This document shows, one piece after another, positions 50,374-63,083 of a stretch of 64,000 nt of DNA. The notes under the pieces are model-generated. The model saw only the letters and a program-made list of their open reading frames with translations, was not told the origin of the DNA and searched no databases. Numbering within the stretch: the first letter of the stretch is position 1; every line of letters begins with the position of its first letter. Both the position numbers and the translations under genes were made by a program. Source of the stretch: Antedon mediterranea (Eukaryota > Animalia > Echinodermata); NCBI RefSeq assembly GCF_964355755.1, contig NC_092674.1:6076001-6140000 (forward strand), read 5' to 3'.

Positions 50374-53300
50374 ATGGCTGACGAAGAAAAAGATTCAAGT
50401 ACAGAATTTACACATTCAGATGCCTTATTTGTTAATGAAAGCGGTGAATGTATGCGATTTTGTATAAGACCTTGTTCGGAAAAAGTTAGAATACGGAAAT
50501 TAATTGAGGTATGGATAATACATCTAATATATATTTAATTCGTTTGCTAGTCTAGCGAGCGAGCCTTGCTTCTTCTTGACACATTGGACATTCAGCCGGG
50601 AAAATTTGAATCTGAACCGGACATCTGCCTTCCTCCCGCCCTAGGAAGGCCTAGATTCATTACCCTACTACTAGGCATAGCCTATATATTCACAGTTAAT
50701 TTCTTGGTAAAATAAAATGTTGGGTTGCTAAAATGAATGTATAGATAGGCCTAGCTAGGCCTATTCATAACATTTCTAGGCCTACCTCTAGGCCCTATCC
50801 TTTTTTATTTTTATGTCATCATGACATGATCATGAGTTTTTTGTTGTTGTTGTGTTGACATTTCCATTTTTCAATTTTGTTTTTGTAGCATGGTGGTGGA
50901 ATTTTAAGTGCGTGGGCTGAAGCCTCGACCATGTAAGAAATATTATTAGGATATATTAATATATCACTGAATCCGGGACGATTCGGCCATCAACTTTTGA
51001 TGCCCAAAAGTGGGCCGAAAAGTCTCACTTTAGACCAAATTTATATACATTTTTTGTAGTATTTATCAAGTTTTTAAAGGCGTTTATCCGTATTTGGCAA
51101 TTTTGATATAATATATATAAAATAAATTACTAAAAAAATGTAATTTTATATTCAATTTATTACTTCGAAAGCTTTGTTTGCCAAGCGGCCAACAGAGGGC
51201 GTAACTTGTTTACATTGTTCGCAGGGTTAAAAAATGATCATTTTTGACAATGTTTTCAAAATGTTTGCTTTATTGCATCTTTATTATGACAAGTAGTACT
51301 ACCCCATAGTCTCTTTGAAAATAAAGTTTGGGGGAAAAACCCTTATTTATGCTTATAAAATCATAAATTAATGCATATCAATGCCGATAAATATAAGTGT
51401 GCCGAATCATCTCAGGGCCGAAATTGCCCCAGGGCCGAATCGTCCCGCTACCATTATACTCAGCAGTTGATCAACCCCTATTTAAGGGACACCTCTAATT
51501 AAAGGGACTTTTTATTTTGTCTTGATGCTTTCCCCTTTAAATAGAGGTTCTACCTATCTATACTGTATTTAATACTAAATGTATTTTATTGCACTCTGAT
51601 ACAGTAGGTTACATGTAGATGGAGATCCATGCTATAGTGATGGTTATTATAAATCAACCTTTATAGATGATTGCGTTAAAGAAAACTCTCTAATGGATTT
51701 GGAGGACTATGAGTAAATATTTTTTTTTATTATATTGATTATTATTTGCAATACTTTATCTATTTTTAATTGCCAGACAAATTTGCAAACTTTATTTGCA
51801 ATATGAATTTTTTTGTTTATTGCAGGGTGGAAAATGAAAAAACCAAAGAGCAGTCAAAAAATCTTATTATCAAAAAATTTCCACGATTGTAAGTATGTGA
51901 TGATGAATATGTATGATAAATATGCATTGAATATATTAGTTTTACTAAATGGAAAACAAATTAATGGTGATATTTAATGGTACTATTGCATGTTCAGCTT
52001 TTGTTGGAGAATTTTGTGCAATGTAAGGTTGGTGACTATAGTGTTCGGCTGACAACCTGTAGTGTGTGCTGTCTAAAGCTGTTCTACCCCCACGGTAAAT
52101 CAAAGTGCTGCCTCTTTTAATGGCCTAGCTTCCCGATTCAAGATGGATGTGGTTGAGTGGTTTAATTGAATAATTACTCAAGTAGAAATATTCTCTCCAT
52201 TCAACTCATAAACATTTATTATTTGTATACTATCCCAATAGGATAAATTATTTTGGGGTTTTTAATTTTTAGACGCAATCCATACACTGAGGAAGAAGAC
52301 AGCGACATTCTTATGTATGTGGCTGAGAGACCAACTTTTTTGAATGGTAACAGTATTTGGAAAACTATGGAAAATTCAAAGGTAAATTTCTTGCAGTACC
52401 ACAAATTCCATGATTACATCACTGATTGTGTTTAAAATACAAATAGTGGAGATGTAGCTTGGTGGTTAACATGTTTGCCTTCCAATCATAAGGTCCTGGG
52501 TTCAATCCTGACCTAGTACCAGGGATTTGTAACTCATAATTCCATGTAATATGTTTGATTTAAATTAAATTATTGGAAAGAAAGCAATAAAAAAATTAAT
52601 AAAAATAATAATTTACTTATTTTGGTAAATGAAAACAAATGTAAACTTAGCATGTTTACAATGCATACATATGTAAACTAATTATTGCGCATTATGATAA
52701 ATAATTGCTTACCTTACATCTGAAATAGGTAAGCATGATGATTTAAAATAATTATTTGAAGTTACGTTGTAATGTATAGTCTAGTGCATTGTTTGTACTG
52801 TAGCTAGCTGTGCAGATATGACATCGTTTATTTGACGAAATCGCGTCGGGGGAGTCTTAATGGTACGTCCGTCTTATGCGTCAAAAAATTGGACGCATTC
52901 TTGACACTTCTGGTCGGTCCTGCACATAGAAATTATTTATTTTAGGTTACAGATCATCCATGGCAGTCAATGAAAAGCAGGTTCCATCATCAACTTAAAG
53001 ACCGCTTGCCAGAGTTTATAGAGATAGTCAGAAAACAGAAGAGTTTAAATAATGGTGATTCTTCATTTGAGAATTGTGAAGATATCTCATGCGACGAAAA
53101 AGATAAGACGAATGACACAGAGGAAGATGATGAAATTAAGATGCCATCTACCTCAAAGAATCAGCTAGTGATTGTGGACAGTGAAAGTGACGGAGGAAAC
53201 TGGATTAGTGTTTCTCAACAAACGGGAAGCACCACAACATCACATGGTTAGTTTTCATAAATCTTTACTGTTACTTTTCTTTTAGCTGTCTTCTTCTGAA

Positions 53301-56300
53301 GACACATGGCTGTCATTGACGGATAATAGGGACGAAACAGGACAGTTAGGGGACTACGACGGACATCCTTTGTTTGCTAGAGTCAACATAGCCGTTTTAT
53401 TAGTTACGCACCCTTGCGCGAAGACTGGCAGTATCTCTCTATGTACATTATTTCTAGTCGTTATCCGAAATGGGAAAATTGCAACTTTATTGTCCTCAAA
53501 AGTTAAGACAACAGAATTTTGCGTACTTGAGATCTACGTTTATACCATGCTATACACTTTTTTTTTTACCTTTTTTTTTCACTTTTTAAATGAGAAAACC
53601 GCCAAAGTGACATTATAGCAAATTGTCTAACAAACTAAGTACTGTACCTCTAGACAGAGAGGTCTAGAGGTACTTAGACCATTTTATGTAGCATGTTCAC
53701 CAGAGATGGCTTAACATCTCAGTTTGCACCGAACATAATATGAAATAAAATAGAAAGATTAAACGAGACTTACCTGTAAGTTGAAGTTTGATCACTATTT
53801 TATGAATATGGTGAGTGAGGTGTAAACTGCCCTCCTCGCCCTCCCATAAATAGGTTGTATTCTGTAGTACAGAGTACGATATTGTAATGACGTTCGATGC
53901 ATTTTTTTTCTCTGGTTCCATGATCCAGAGTTAAAATATGACTGGTTACTGCGCATGCGCTGGTTCGGGATCTTTGAGAATTGTGAAGAAGCAGCTAGAA
54001 AATCATATCTATACTAATCAAGGAAAACCTATGTAAAGGGTCTTTCACAATCCAACATCAACATTTCGTTTTCGCGGGGCTATGCGCATATCGTTTGCCG
54101 CATAACCACATGGAGTGTTGTGAAAATGAAACATTGACGTTTGATTCGTCAGACCAGAACAGGTGTGAAAGACCCTTAAATCATGTAGGGACATAGCTTG
54201 TTCCAAGATTATTATTATTATTATTATTATTAATATACTTTTTAAGTCAGTTGGAAAACAAATTTAAAATGGTTAAAAAAAAATCAAAGTTAAAACATCT
54301 AAACAAACATCAATTATTTATAATTGTTCTTAGAACCTAATAGTAGCCCACCTGACCACAATGAGGAGAACACTGAAGATGATGATGATGCATCCATGGT
54401 TACCGCTGTTGAAGAATTGAATACACCATCATCTGCAAAAAGAAAATTATTCAATTTTTACAAGAGCAAAAAACCTATTTCCCAAAGATTAAGAAACCGA
54501 ATAGAAAATGGTGAGTTTTTAATACTTATGTAAAGTTTGATCAAATTTCTGGAAGAAATTAAAATATAAACACATGTTCCTAAACAAGCATAAATTTATT
54601 TTCACTCAGCGATCCTCCATTCCTCAAAAAAGTGTAGTCGGTCACTTAATTGTGTATGCCTCTCTTAAGCTCTGTTTCACACTATCAAACTAGTTTGACA
54701 AAAAAGTGTGATGGGCCCAAATATGGTAGTGATATGCGCACATATGGTAGTGATATGACATCATCATGTCCATATATGGGCATATAATTACCATATTTGG
54801 GCACATCACATTTTTTGTCACATAAAGTTTTATAGTGTAGACAAAGCTTTAGGTGCAGCACATTCAGGTTCAGGCAGGCATAACACAGTCTTATTGATAT
54901 AAGTTTACTGGACAGAGTTGTGCCAGGACATTCTGTCTTATCATTGTGGAACATATTTCAGGTTAGGGAAACTTGTACGTGCTACCTTTACTCTTTTTCA
55001 TGATAGCTTTTTTAAAAATATTTTATACACACTGTCTCGTTGGGTTAGGGCTGTGATTAGTAAGCTCAGAGTTATGATGTGACTAATTTTGTTTTTTCAC
55101 AGTATCAAATATCCAACCTAGCGATAACAATGCTGATAATGGTCCTATGGTTACGGATGTTGACGAAATTAGAACACCATCTTCAGCAAAAAGGAAAAAA
55201 TTAAGTTTTGAAATAAATACTGTGGGAGAAAGTGCGAAATGCATATCTCAGAGAACAAGAAGCCAAAATAAGGTCAAAAGTCCAAATCGTGAGTTTATAT
55301 ATTCTATAATGAACATTGTCGACAAAATATTGTTCTTTTTTCAATCCAAATTGTACTTGTGGCTTTAATATTGCAAATCCGCATCATTTCTTATGTTACT
55401 ACCCTAATTATAATACACAAAGAGATATTCTATGCTAACTCAATTATTGAGGATATCTTTGCTAAGGATTTTTCTTTGACGTATAATTTTAAATTTTTAA
55501 GCGGAATTTTTATTTTTGGATCTGATCTTCTTCTACTCATGATTTATTGTTTTATTATGTATACAATTTCTTGTTAATTCTGGAAGATTTGATTGATGTA
55601 TCTGTTAGTTTCTTTGTTGTTTAAGAATATTTGTTATCTGAGGCGCCTTGAAGCTAAGGTGATTTCACCTTGTGATAAGCGCCTCTGTAAAATATTGAAT
55701 AAAAAAATATATATATATTTGCATTTTTAATTAAAAAGTTTTTATTTGTTATTGTTTTTAAGAATCGCATAGCTCCAGATGTAAGAAAGACATAGAAACA
55801 AATGAAGATGTAGACAATAATTTAGTTCTAATAAATAATAACAATGCTAACTCTGTAAATGGACAGACTCCGCAGAGGAAGGCAAAAGTAGGGTGGCGAG
55901 AGAGCGACGAAGGAGAGAATGATTTAGATTCAGAAGGGGAGTTGGTAGATGGACAAGAGATAAGTGATGCAGATAGTGGAACGGAGGTTCATACAGATAG
56001 TTCAGAGGTCGGGGAAGGTCAACTTGATGACGAGGAGAGTGATGAAGAGGGGAGCGACACAGGGAGAGGAACAGAAGAAGAGGATCTCAATGAGGACACA
56101 TTAAAGAAAATAATGACGGATGCTGAGGTTAGTTTAGTAATATAATGAATCACATGTGTTGTAGCTCGATTGGTATGTTACAATATTGAGAAATTGATAC
56201 TAATGTTATTGTGCTAAATTAGGTGATATCATTTGTATCTAAAATAGTTGTTAATTATTTTCTACTATTTCTGACAGTTTTATATGGAAAGATATGGACT

Positions 56301-56382
56301 CACAGAAGCTGAAGTTCTGTGTGTATATCACAAACATAAATTTAAAACAGATGAAGTTAGAACATGGTTTGAAAGTTTTTAA
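50374..56382 (+). CDS. TERF2IP: Telomeric repeat-binding factor 2-interacting protein 1 (RAP1): BRCT + Myb + long acidic linker + short C-terminal domain
   Basis: Exons 50374-50508, 50889-50932, 51605-51712, 51826-51888, 52273-52381, 52946-53246, 54334-54510, 55103-55288, 55763-56127 and 56278-56382 (TAA), all phase-compatible. BRCT start HSDALFVNESGECMRFCIRP...LIEHGGG. Myb domain RNPYTEEEDSDIL...GNSIWKTME..VTDHPWQSMKSRF. Confidence 0.88.
50969..51452. mobile_element. Non-autonomous DNA element in RAP1 intron 2
   Basis: Inverted ends cgggacgattcggcc / ggccgaatcgtcccg and repeated gccgaa motifs; TSD not resolved. Confidence 0.5.
52446..52525 (+). mobile_element. tRNA-derived SINE head
   Basis: A-box tagcttggtgg and B-box ggttcaatcc; same family as 7545-7718 and ~20995-21075 (-). 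Confidence 0.6.
54037..54176. mobile_element. Harbinger-like MITE (TAA TSD)
   Basis: taa|agggtctttcaca ... tgtgaaagaccct|taa. Confidence 0.7.
54668..54848. mobile_element. MITE family A copy
   Basis: TIRs and internal tatggtagtgatatg repeats. Confidence 0.85.
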
Positions 56383-57162
56383 AGAGGTAATGTAATTTCT
56401 ATTCAATTTTAAATATTTTTTAGATAGATATCTTTAATTAGATTTAAAGCGCTGTGTATATCAGACTTTGACCAAAAAATGTGATGTGTCCATATATGGA
56501 CCTGATAATCTCATATCAATAACATATACTGTAATGGGCATATAATTACCATATTTGGGCACATCACACTTTTTGAGAAACTATAGTGTAGACAGAGCTT
56601 TAAATTACAGTCTATAAACATATTTCTTTTCAGTTCAGGGCAAAGCTAAGCTGACTTGTGTAATATGTTAATAAGATGTTAAACAAGAGTAACCCACAGT
56701 GGAAAGGCATTTTAATACTATTACTGTCATCTGTTTTAAGCTAAAGAAACTGGATTAACATACTGTTAAACAAAATGAAATCAGTTTTAATATTTAATCA
56801 CAGAATACAGCCACAGTTTATTTTTATATATGGAGTTTTTTTATTTTTGATGACCTAATAATAATAATTGATTGTACAAATGATTTTGGTTTGGCCATGT
56901 TATCCGAACCATTATTGATTCTCATTCAATATAATGAACGTGGATTTGCAACACAAATATGGTAATTCTATGCTCATATATGGACATGATGATGTCATAT
57001 CAATACCATATGTGCACATATCACTACCATATTTGGGCCCACAAACCTTTTCTGTTTTATTTAGTTTTACTTTTCTTGGTTTTAATTTTTTTTTTTGGGA
57101 GGGGGGGGGGGGCTTTTAGCGATTGACTAATGCGGGATGGTCATCATGAACAAAATTGGTAA

Positions 57163-57478
57163 AGCTACTTTCATATCGCACCCGGATTCTGTTCGCCGCC
57201 CTCATAAAAATATCGAGGCCGTTGAGCGTGCGTTCACATCACATTTGGTTATCTGTTGTCAAGCGAGGTCATTCATGCTCACTGCTGATTGGATGACAGA
57301 AAAAATCATGCGATTTCAGAAAACAAATTGCTTCTGTATCCACTGTACATTGGAGACCGAATCAGGTACGGATTTAAATTGTACAAATTTGGTGTGAACT
57401 GCTTTACCACTGGACACATTTTCCACAATATTTTTTTCAGGGCACCGGACCGAATTCAGGCGCGATGTGAATGCAGCT
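57163..57478. mobile_element. Harbinger-like MITE (TAA TSD, ~50-bp imperfect TIR)
   Basis: taa|agctactttcatatcgc ... gcgatgtgaatgcagct|taa. Confidence 0.65.
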
Positions 57479-58381
57479 TAACTTGAGACAAATGACACAA
57501 TGCAAATTTACATAGGTCATAGGTCGGCTTTGTGAATTATAATTTATTATTACAACAGATTTGATAGTTGCTGTCTTCCATTTATAAATGCATGTTCCAG
57601 TGTTCTAAATTTGTGACTACTACAAGAAAAATATTTCACTTTATATATCATTGTTAATATCGTTACTGTTTTATATGTTTGTGTTTTGAATAAATTAATT
57701 TAATATTTAAAGATAAAAGTGCTTTGTTAGTTTTGTTGGAATGATCCACTGAGTCTATTTTAAACCGATTCAATCAAATGGAAATGGTATACAGTAACCC
57801 TATTGTGATTATAAAAAATATAAACTTTAAAATATACCAAACAAATAAAAAACTGGATTAAAATTATTAGCAAAAAATATTTTTTGACGTAACAGTTTTA
57901 TTTATTGTGTTTCCTTCATTAAATATATATATTGATATTCTATTTAATAAATTAAAAAACAATGATTTATTATCAATTATTTTTGTTTAGCAATCTGTAA
58001 AAATGTTGTGCAAATATGTATATACTGTACTGTATAGTATTAGAGTAGTAGTCAAACTTCTATTTCGTATATACCGCCCTCAAATATTTTGTATCGCGAA
58101 AGTTTTTTAATGAAAAGTTCCAGCAGCACCGCGCGCACACCAGACACAGCATGAAAACAAGACGTAAATTGTAAAAGATGACAGGGCAGTCTAAATTACA
58201 CGTTTTATATGGCTAAGTAATAATAGAAAATTAAAAGGTGAAACATCGAAATAATGTGGCCCTGCTCGTGCTGTTCACAGTTTTCACGCCTGCTACACTT
58301 AGGCCTACTGACGGTCTGTTTTTTCGGAGTGCTTCCCTCCAGTCAACAGGTAGGTTGTCTGTCGCCTATTTGTCTACCATC

Positions 58382-61300
58382 ATGATGAGTGGATGGTTGG
58401 ACCTTTCTGCTTTAAAAAAAGGTATGCTGGTTGATACGCACTGTTTCACATTCTATGATCTTTTTATCCTCTTCCAAAAGGTGAATTTAATGTGAAGTGT
58501 ATCGGGGATTACGAATTTAAGAGATAGAAAAGTTTTTGTAATCTTTCAATTCATTCTTACCTGTCCAAAATTAACCTAGCCTAGATGTTTAGATGCACTA
58601 GACGTGACACGCAGTAAATTGCATATTATTGTCTGGTCTGTCGATATGCATGTACTTGCCTATATGTAGAATGAATAGGTGATATAATAATATTTAGAGG
58701 TACCTTTTAATGCCTTATATATATATAGGCTAGTTTTTTTAATTTCAAACTTAAGGAGGTATACCTCCATATGGTCAAACTTAACTTAACTTTTTTAATT
58801 TTATCGTTTAACATTGTTGAAGAAAAGTTTCTATAGGCCTACTAGGCCTTCTGCTATAATAATCCTAATTATGATATTAGTTTCATAAAATAACAAGCTT
58901 AACGAAAAAATGTTATTTTTAAGGATGTTAATTTTGGTCTACACTCTCTCTGTCTACACTATCAAACTACTTATGACAAAAAAGTGTAATGTGCCCAAAT
59001 GTGGTATTGATATGCTTAAATATGGTAGTGCTATGACATCATCATGTCCATATATGGGCACTATCAAGTTTGATAGTATAGAGCTATGTTATTATTTCAG
59101 TTGCAAGGCCTTGAATTTAAAAAAGAAAAAAATTATAATTTATCTCAAGGTTGACGACCCCTGAGCAAAAAGCAGAATCATAAGAATAGGTCACAGAGTT
59201 CAAACAGATAGCAAATCAAAACCAATCAACCATGACCACTAAAAGAGACATCTTCAAATTAGTTACTTCCTTTACATTGAATACTTATTTATTATTTTTA
59301 TAGAAAAGCGTTATAAAGCTTATGCAACTATGAATAGACGTTTTAAAACAGGCAAGCCACAGCATCAGTGTACCATGAAAAAACATAATAGATTACTTCA
59401 CAATAGATGCCAAATACATCTTCAATTTTAATTGTAATAAATTTGTATACTGAAATTGCTAATAATTTTTTTGAAAAATCGTATTGTCAGCAGATGCATG
59501 ACTTCATTTAGTAATTACTAATAAGCATAAATCTAATGATTTTAGCAGCATGGTGCCTAGGTTTAGGTGATTTTAATCAGTGTGTGGAAAAGAATCTAAT
59601 TTTAATAAATTATTTAAAATGTTGCATGTTATCTTGCTTTGTGTCTGGTGGGCTAATCAATGATCACCAATTATTAGTATCCAATTTAATTTAACAGCAA
59701 CATGTCTATATCTACAAACTCAGTCAATACTAAAAGGCTGCTACAATGTATCTATTTTAATACATTATTCAATTATTTAATTTAATTTACTTGAATTTTT
59801 ACATAATTATAAAATAAAAGTAAAATACTGTATATTTTACTATAAAAACCATTAAACATTATTGAACATTTTGATAATCATATTGTACTGCATTTTTTGC
59901 TAAACCATTTATAAGTTTATTTAAATAACCTTTTAATGTTCAAAAATATGAAAAATGAAGATTAATAAAAAAAAATATGTTGAATATGTCATTTCAGAGT
60001 ATTAACAATCAATCACATCCGTAGAAAAAAAAAAACATAAAAAATATTTTCACTTTAAATAAAAAGGCAAAATAAATAGTCAAATTCAACAAAGAACCCA
60101 TTGCCTTGCAGTCAATATGACTATTTTGGACTTAAAATTACTGTTTTTTCATGTAAATAATTTTTTTCGATCTAATTTTTGGTCAAAGTGAATAACTATT
60201 ATGTGTCATTTAAAATGGCATATTAAAAAAAACCATTAAAAAATAATTTTTTTCAGGAGGACAATATACAGTATCTTTAAGGCCCTGTTTCTGCTGCCAA
60301 CTAAATACCGTATATTATACGGTATTTTTTGAATACCGTATATATACGGTATATTTTTGGCAGCAGAAACTGCGCTCATAAAAAATATACCGTATTTTGT
60401 ATACCGTATTTTCCCCACAAAATTTGTGGATAAAATACGGTATTTACAAATTTATACCGTATTTTTTGTACCCGTTTCTGCTGCCAATAAAAAATACCGT
60501 ATTTTTTTTTTACATGACAAAACGTCACCATTCGTGTTTTTATTTTCTGTCGCTGTTAGCTGCTTTACACACATGTATAGATATATTCGGCGAAAATGTG
60601 GAGCAAAGACGTCACAGTTTTACTAAATAAATGTGTGTGGGGAAGCTAAAATGTCTGACCAACTAAAAGGTAATAAAAGGGACAACCACATTTATAAAGA
60701 CATTTCTAAAAAAATAAAGCAGGAGTATGGAATAAACTTGTCTCCAAAGCAAGTAAACTCAAAGCTGAAGAGCCTGCGAAAGCAGTACAACATTGCAAAA
60801 TACAATAACTCGGGGAGGGAACGAATTAATTGTCCCCATTACGATGTTTTCTGTGCTCTCACAACATCTCTATCACTAGGGCTAGGCTGTTGAAAGTGAG
60901 ACGTAAAACTTCCTTTATTGCGACTTTTAATTATCGATCAAATAAATGAATGGCAATTTGGGTAAAAAAGATGAAATTTAACACGACCACCCAAGAAGTA
61001 TTGTTAGCAGAAACGGGGTACTAAAAAATACGGTATAAAAAATACCGTATTTTGAGCAGTTGCAGCAGAAACAGGCCCTAATAAGGAGGAATTTTTCTTT
61101 TCACTATTTTCAGATTCCACATTCTCTTAGATATCATTTAAAAGATGTAAGAACCGCAGAAGAGTTTAGAAATGTAATCAGGTTATATTCTTTTAACGAT
61201 CAACAGTTTGAAAATAATAGTGAGTATCATTCATTCATTTCCTTTATTTCAGATAGTACATACAAAATATACAAATCGAAAAGAGAACAAATTTCACTAG

Positions 61301-61723
61301 GAAATTAAAAATATAGCATCAAGTATAAATAAACCATAGTTAATATACTGATAGTATAAACATCTTACAATCTTATTTAACCATACAAAAAAAGCATGTC
61401 ATTATATTGTATTAAATAATTAATATAGACAAACAAAAATATCTTCAAAATGTTTATTATCATTGTCTATTTTTATAGAAAAAAAAATGGAGAAACAAAG
61501 AATTATTATCTCTAAAAGCAAGAAAAGTATAATTTTTTAGAAACAGTTTCATTAAAGTATAATTTTTTTCATTTTAATTAGATATAGTTTAATTAAAAGT
61601 ATTAAATGATACTGTTTATAGAAGTGAAAAAAGAGGTTGCACTAGCGGAATCAAGTGAAGATAATTTTGAAATAGATGAAATAAAACTAAGAGATGATAA
61701 GACGAAAGATGGTAACATAAAAT
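58382..61723 (+). CDS. Possible first two coding exons of an unidentified gene (3'-partial)
   Basis: accatcATG at 58382 to a phase-1 donor at 58421 (G|gtatgc) joins in frame to an open, purine-rich exon 61622-61723 (tag|...|gtaagt): MMSGWLDLSALKKEVKKEVALAESSEDNFEIDEIKLRDDKTKDGNIK. No family recognised. Confidence 0.4.
60281..61078 (+). mobile_element. PIF/Harbinger deletion derivative retaining a Myb/SANT-like ORF fragment (~60651-60850)
   Basis: taa|ggccctgtttctgctgc ... gcagcagaaacaggccc|taa; subterminal aaataccgta repeats; peptide RDNHIYKDISKKIKQEYGINLSPKQVNSKLKSLRKQY...NNSGRERINCPHYD is trihelix Myb/SANT-like. Confidence 0.8.
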
Positions 61724-63017
61724 GTAAGTAGTTTCCATTTAAACTTTAAAGATATATTGTCCCCCTGAACAAATTATTTTAACATTTTTTCTGTTGAATA
61801 TGCTATTTTAAAGTCACATAATAGTTATACACTTTGACCAAAAATTGAATCACCAAACAAATTATTTACCTAAAATAAACTGTAATGTAATGTCAAAAAT
61901 AGTGTTTATTGTCCGAAAGTCAATGGGTTGAATTTAACTGTTTATTTTGTGAAATCATTATTTTTTTCTGTGAAATTGAATAACTTTATTGAAACTGCAA
62001 AATGGCCTATTAAAAGTCTAATTTTATAAATCCTTATTTTTCATGATTTTGGGGGAACACCTTTGAAGAAAAACACCTTACATGATTTGTTGACTTTTAA
62101 ATATTAATTCTCATAATTGGTGTTTTATAATCAATTTTGATTTGATTAAAATGTGTCCTTTTATTTTGTTATATCTTTTAGTATTAAAATACTTGAATAT
62201 TTTTTTTTATTAATAAATGGTCATTCAGTTTATTCTGTAATGCTATTTCATTTTTATAAAACTAGATTTCATCGTAAATACAGTAGTTATCATGTTTTAT
62301 TATATAAGAATTTGTTAATAATTATTGTTTTAATTAAATTGTTCTCCCTGAATGTAGTATGTGAACTTGTTTCTACAATATTTTATTTTTGCTTAATATG
62401 TTTAAAGACATTCTAGACATCATTGTTACAGTAAATAATTTTATGATGTGAGTGTTCTCATTTTTTAGGACATTCCTCTGTAAATTTCAATTACTTTTTA
62501 TCAGTTCATTATTGTTAATGTGAATTTATGGTGTTTTTGTTGCAAAGTGTGGCGTGACACATAACTGGCATTGCCTCAAGTGTATTCTTACTTTACGCAG
62601 ATTAGATTTATAAAACAAGAAATAATAAATCTAAATATAAATTTCTATCAGAAAAGGTTTTTAATTTTCAAGTAAAGCTATCTTTAGACGTACGTGTTAC
62701 TGCATGCGACACGAAGAAAAAAAACTGTAAAAGAATGTACCTCTCTGTACATCTTTTATTCTGAGTTTACTAAACTACAGCCTTATAATATATTAATACT
62801 ATATCAACTAACTACAGCCTTATATCTTATAATACTGTAAAAGTGTGGTAATATTATACCATCAACATTTACATCCAATTTGGGTATGGGCGCATTATGT
62901 CACCTGTTTTCCCTTCCCATCATTAGCTACTTATATTTTGTTGTTGTTCACCATGATCTAATATATACAGAATATATTATTTTTGTCACAATTCAAATAA
63001 ATAAATAAAAATAAGTA

Positions 63018-63083
63018 ATCTGTGGTCTAGCGGATAAGGTGCTCACTCTGTATGTAAAATGTTTTAGGTTCGAATCCACAGAC
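63018..63083 (+). pseudogene. tRNA-derived fragment / SINE head
   Basis: A-box tggtctagcgg and B-box ggttcgaatcc, but the T and anticodon stems pair poorly. Confidence 0.45.

Noticed and set aside
63018-63083. Functional tRNA gene
   Set aside because: A and B boxes are present but the cloverleaf stems do not pair; treated as a SINE or pseudogene.
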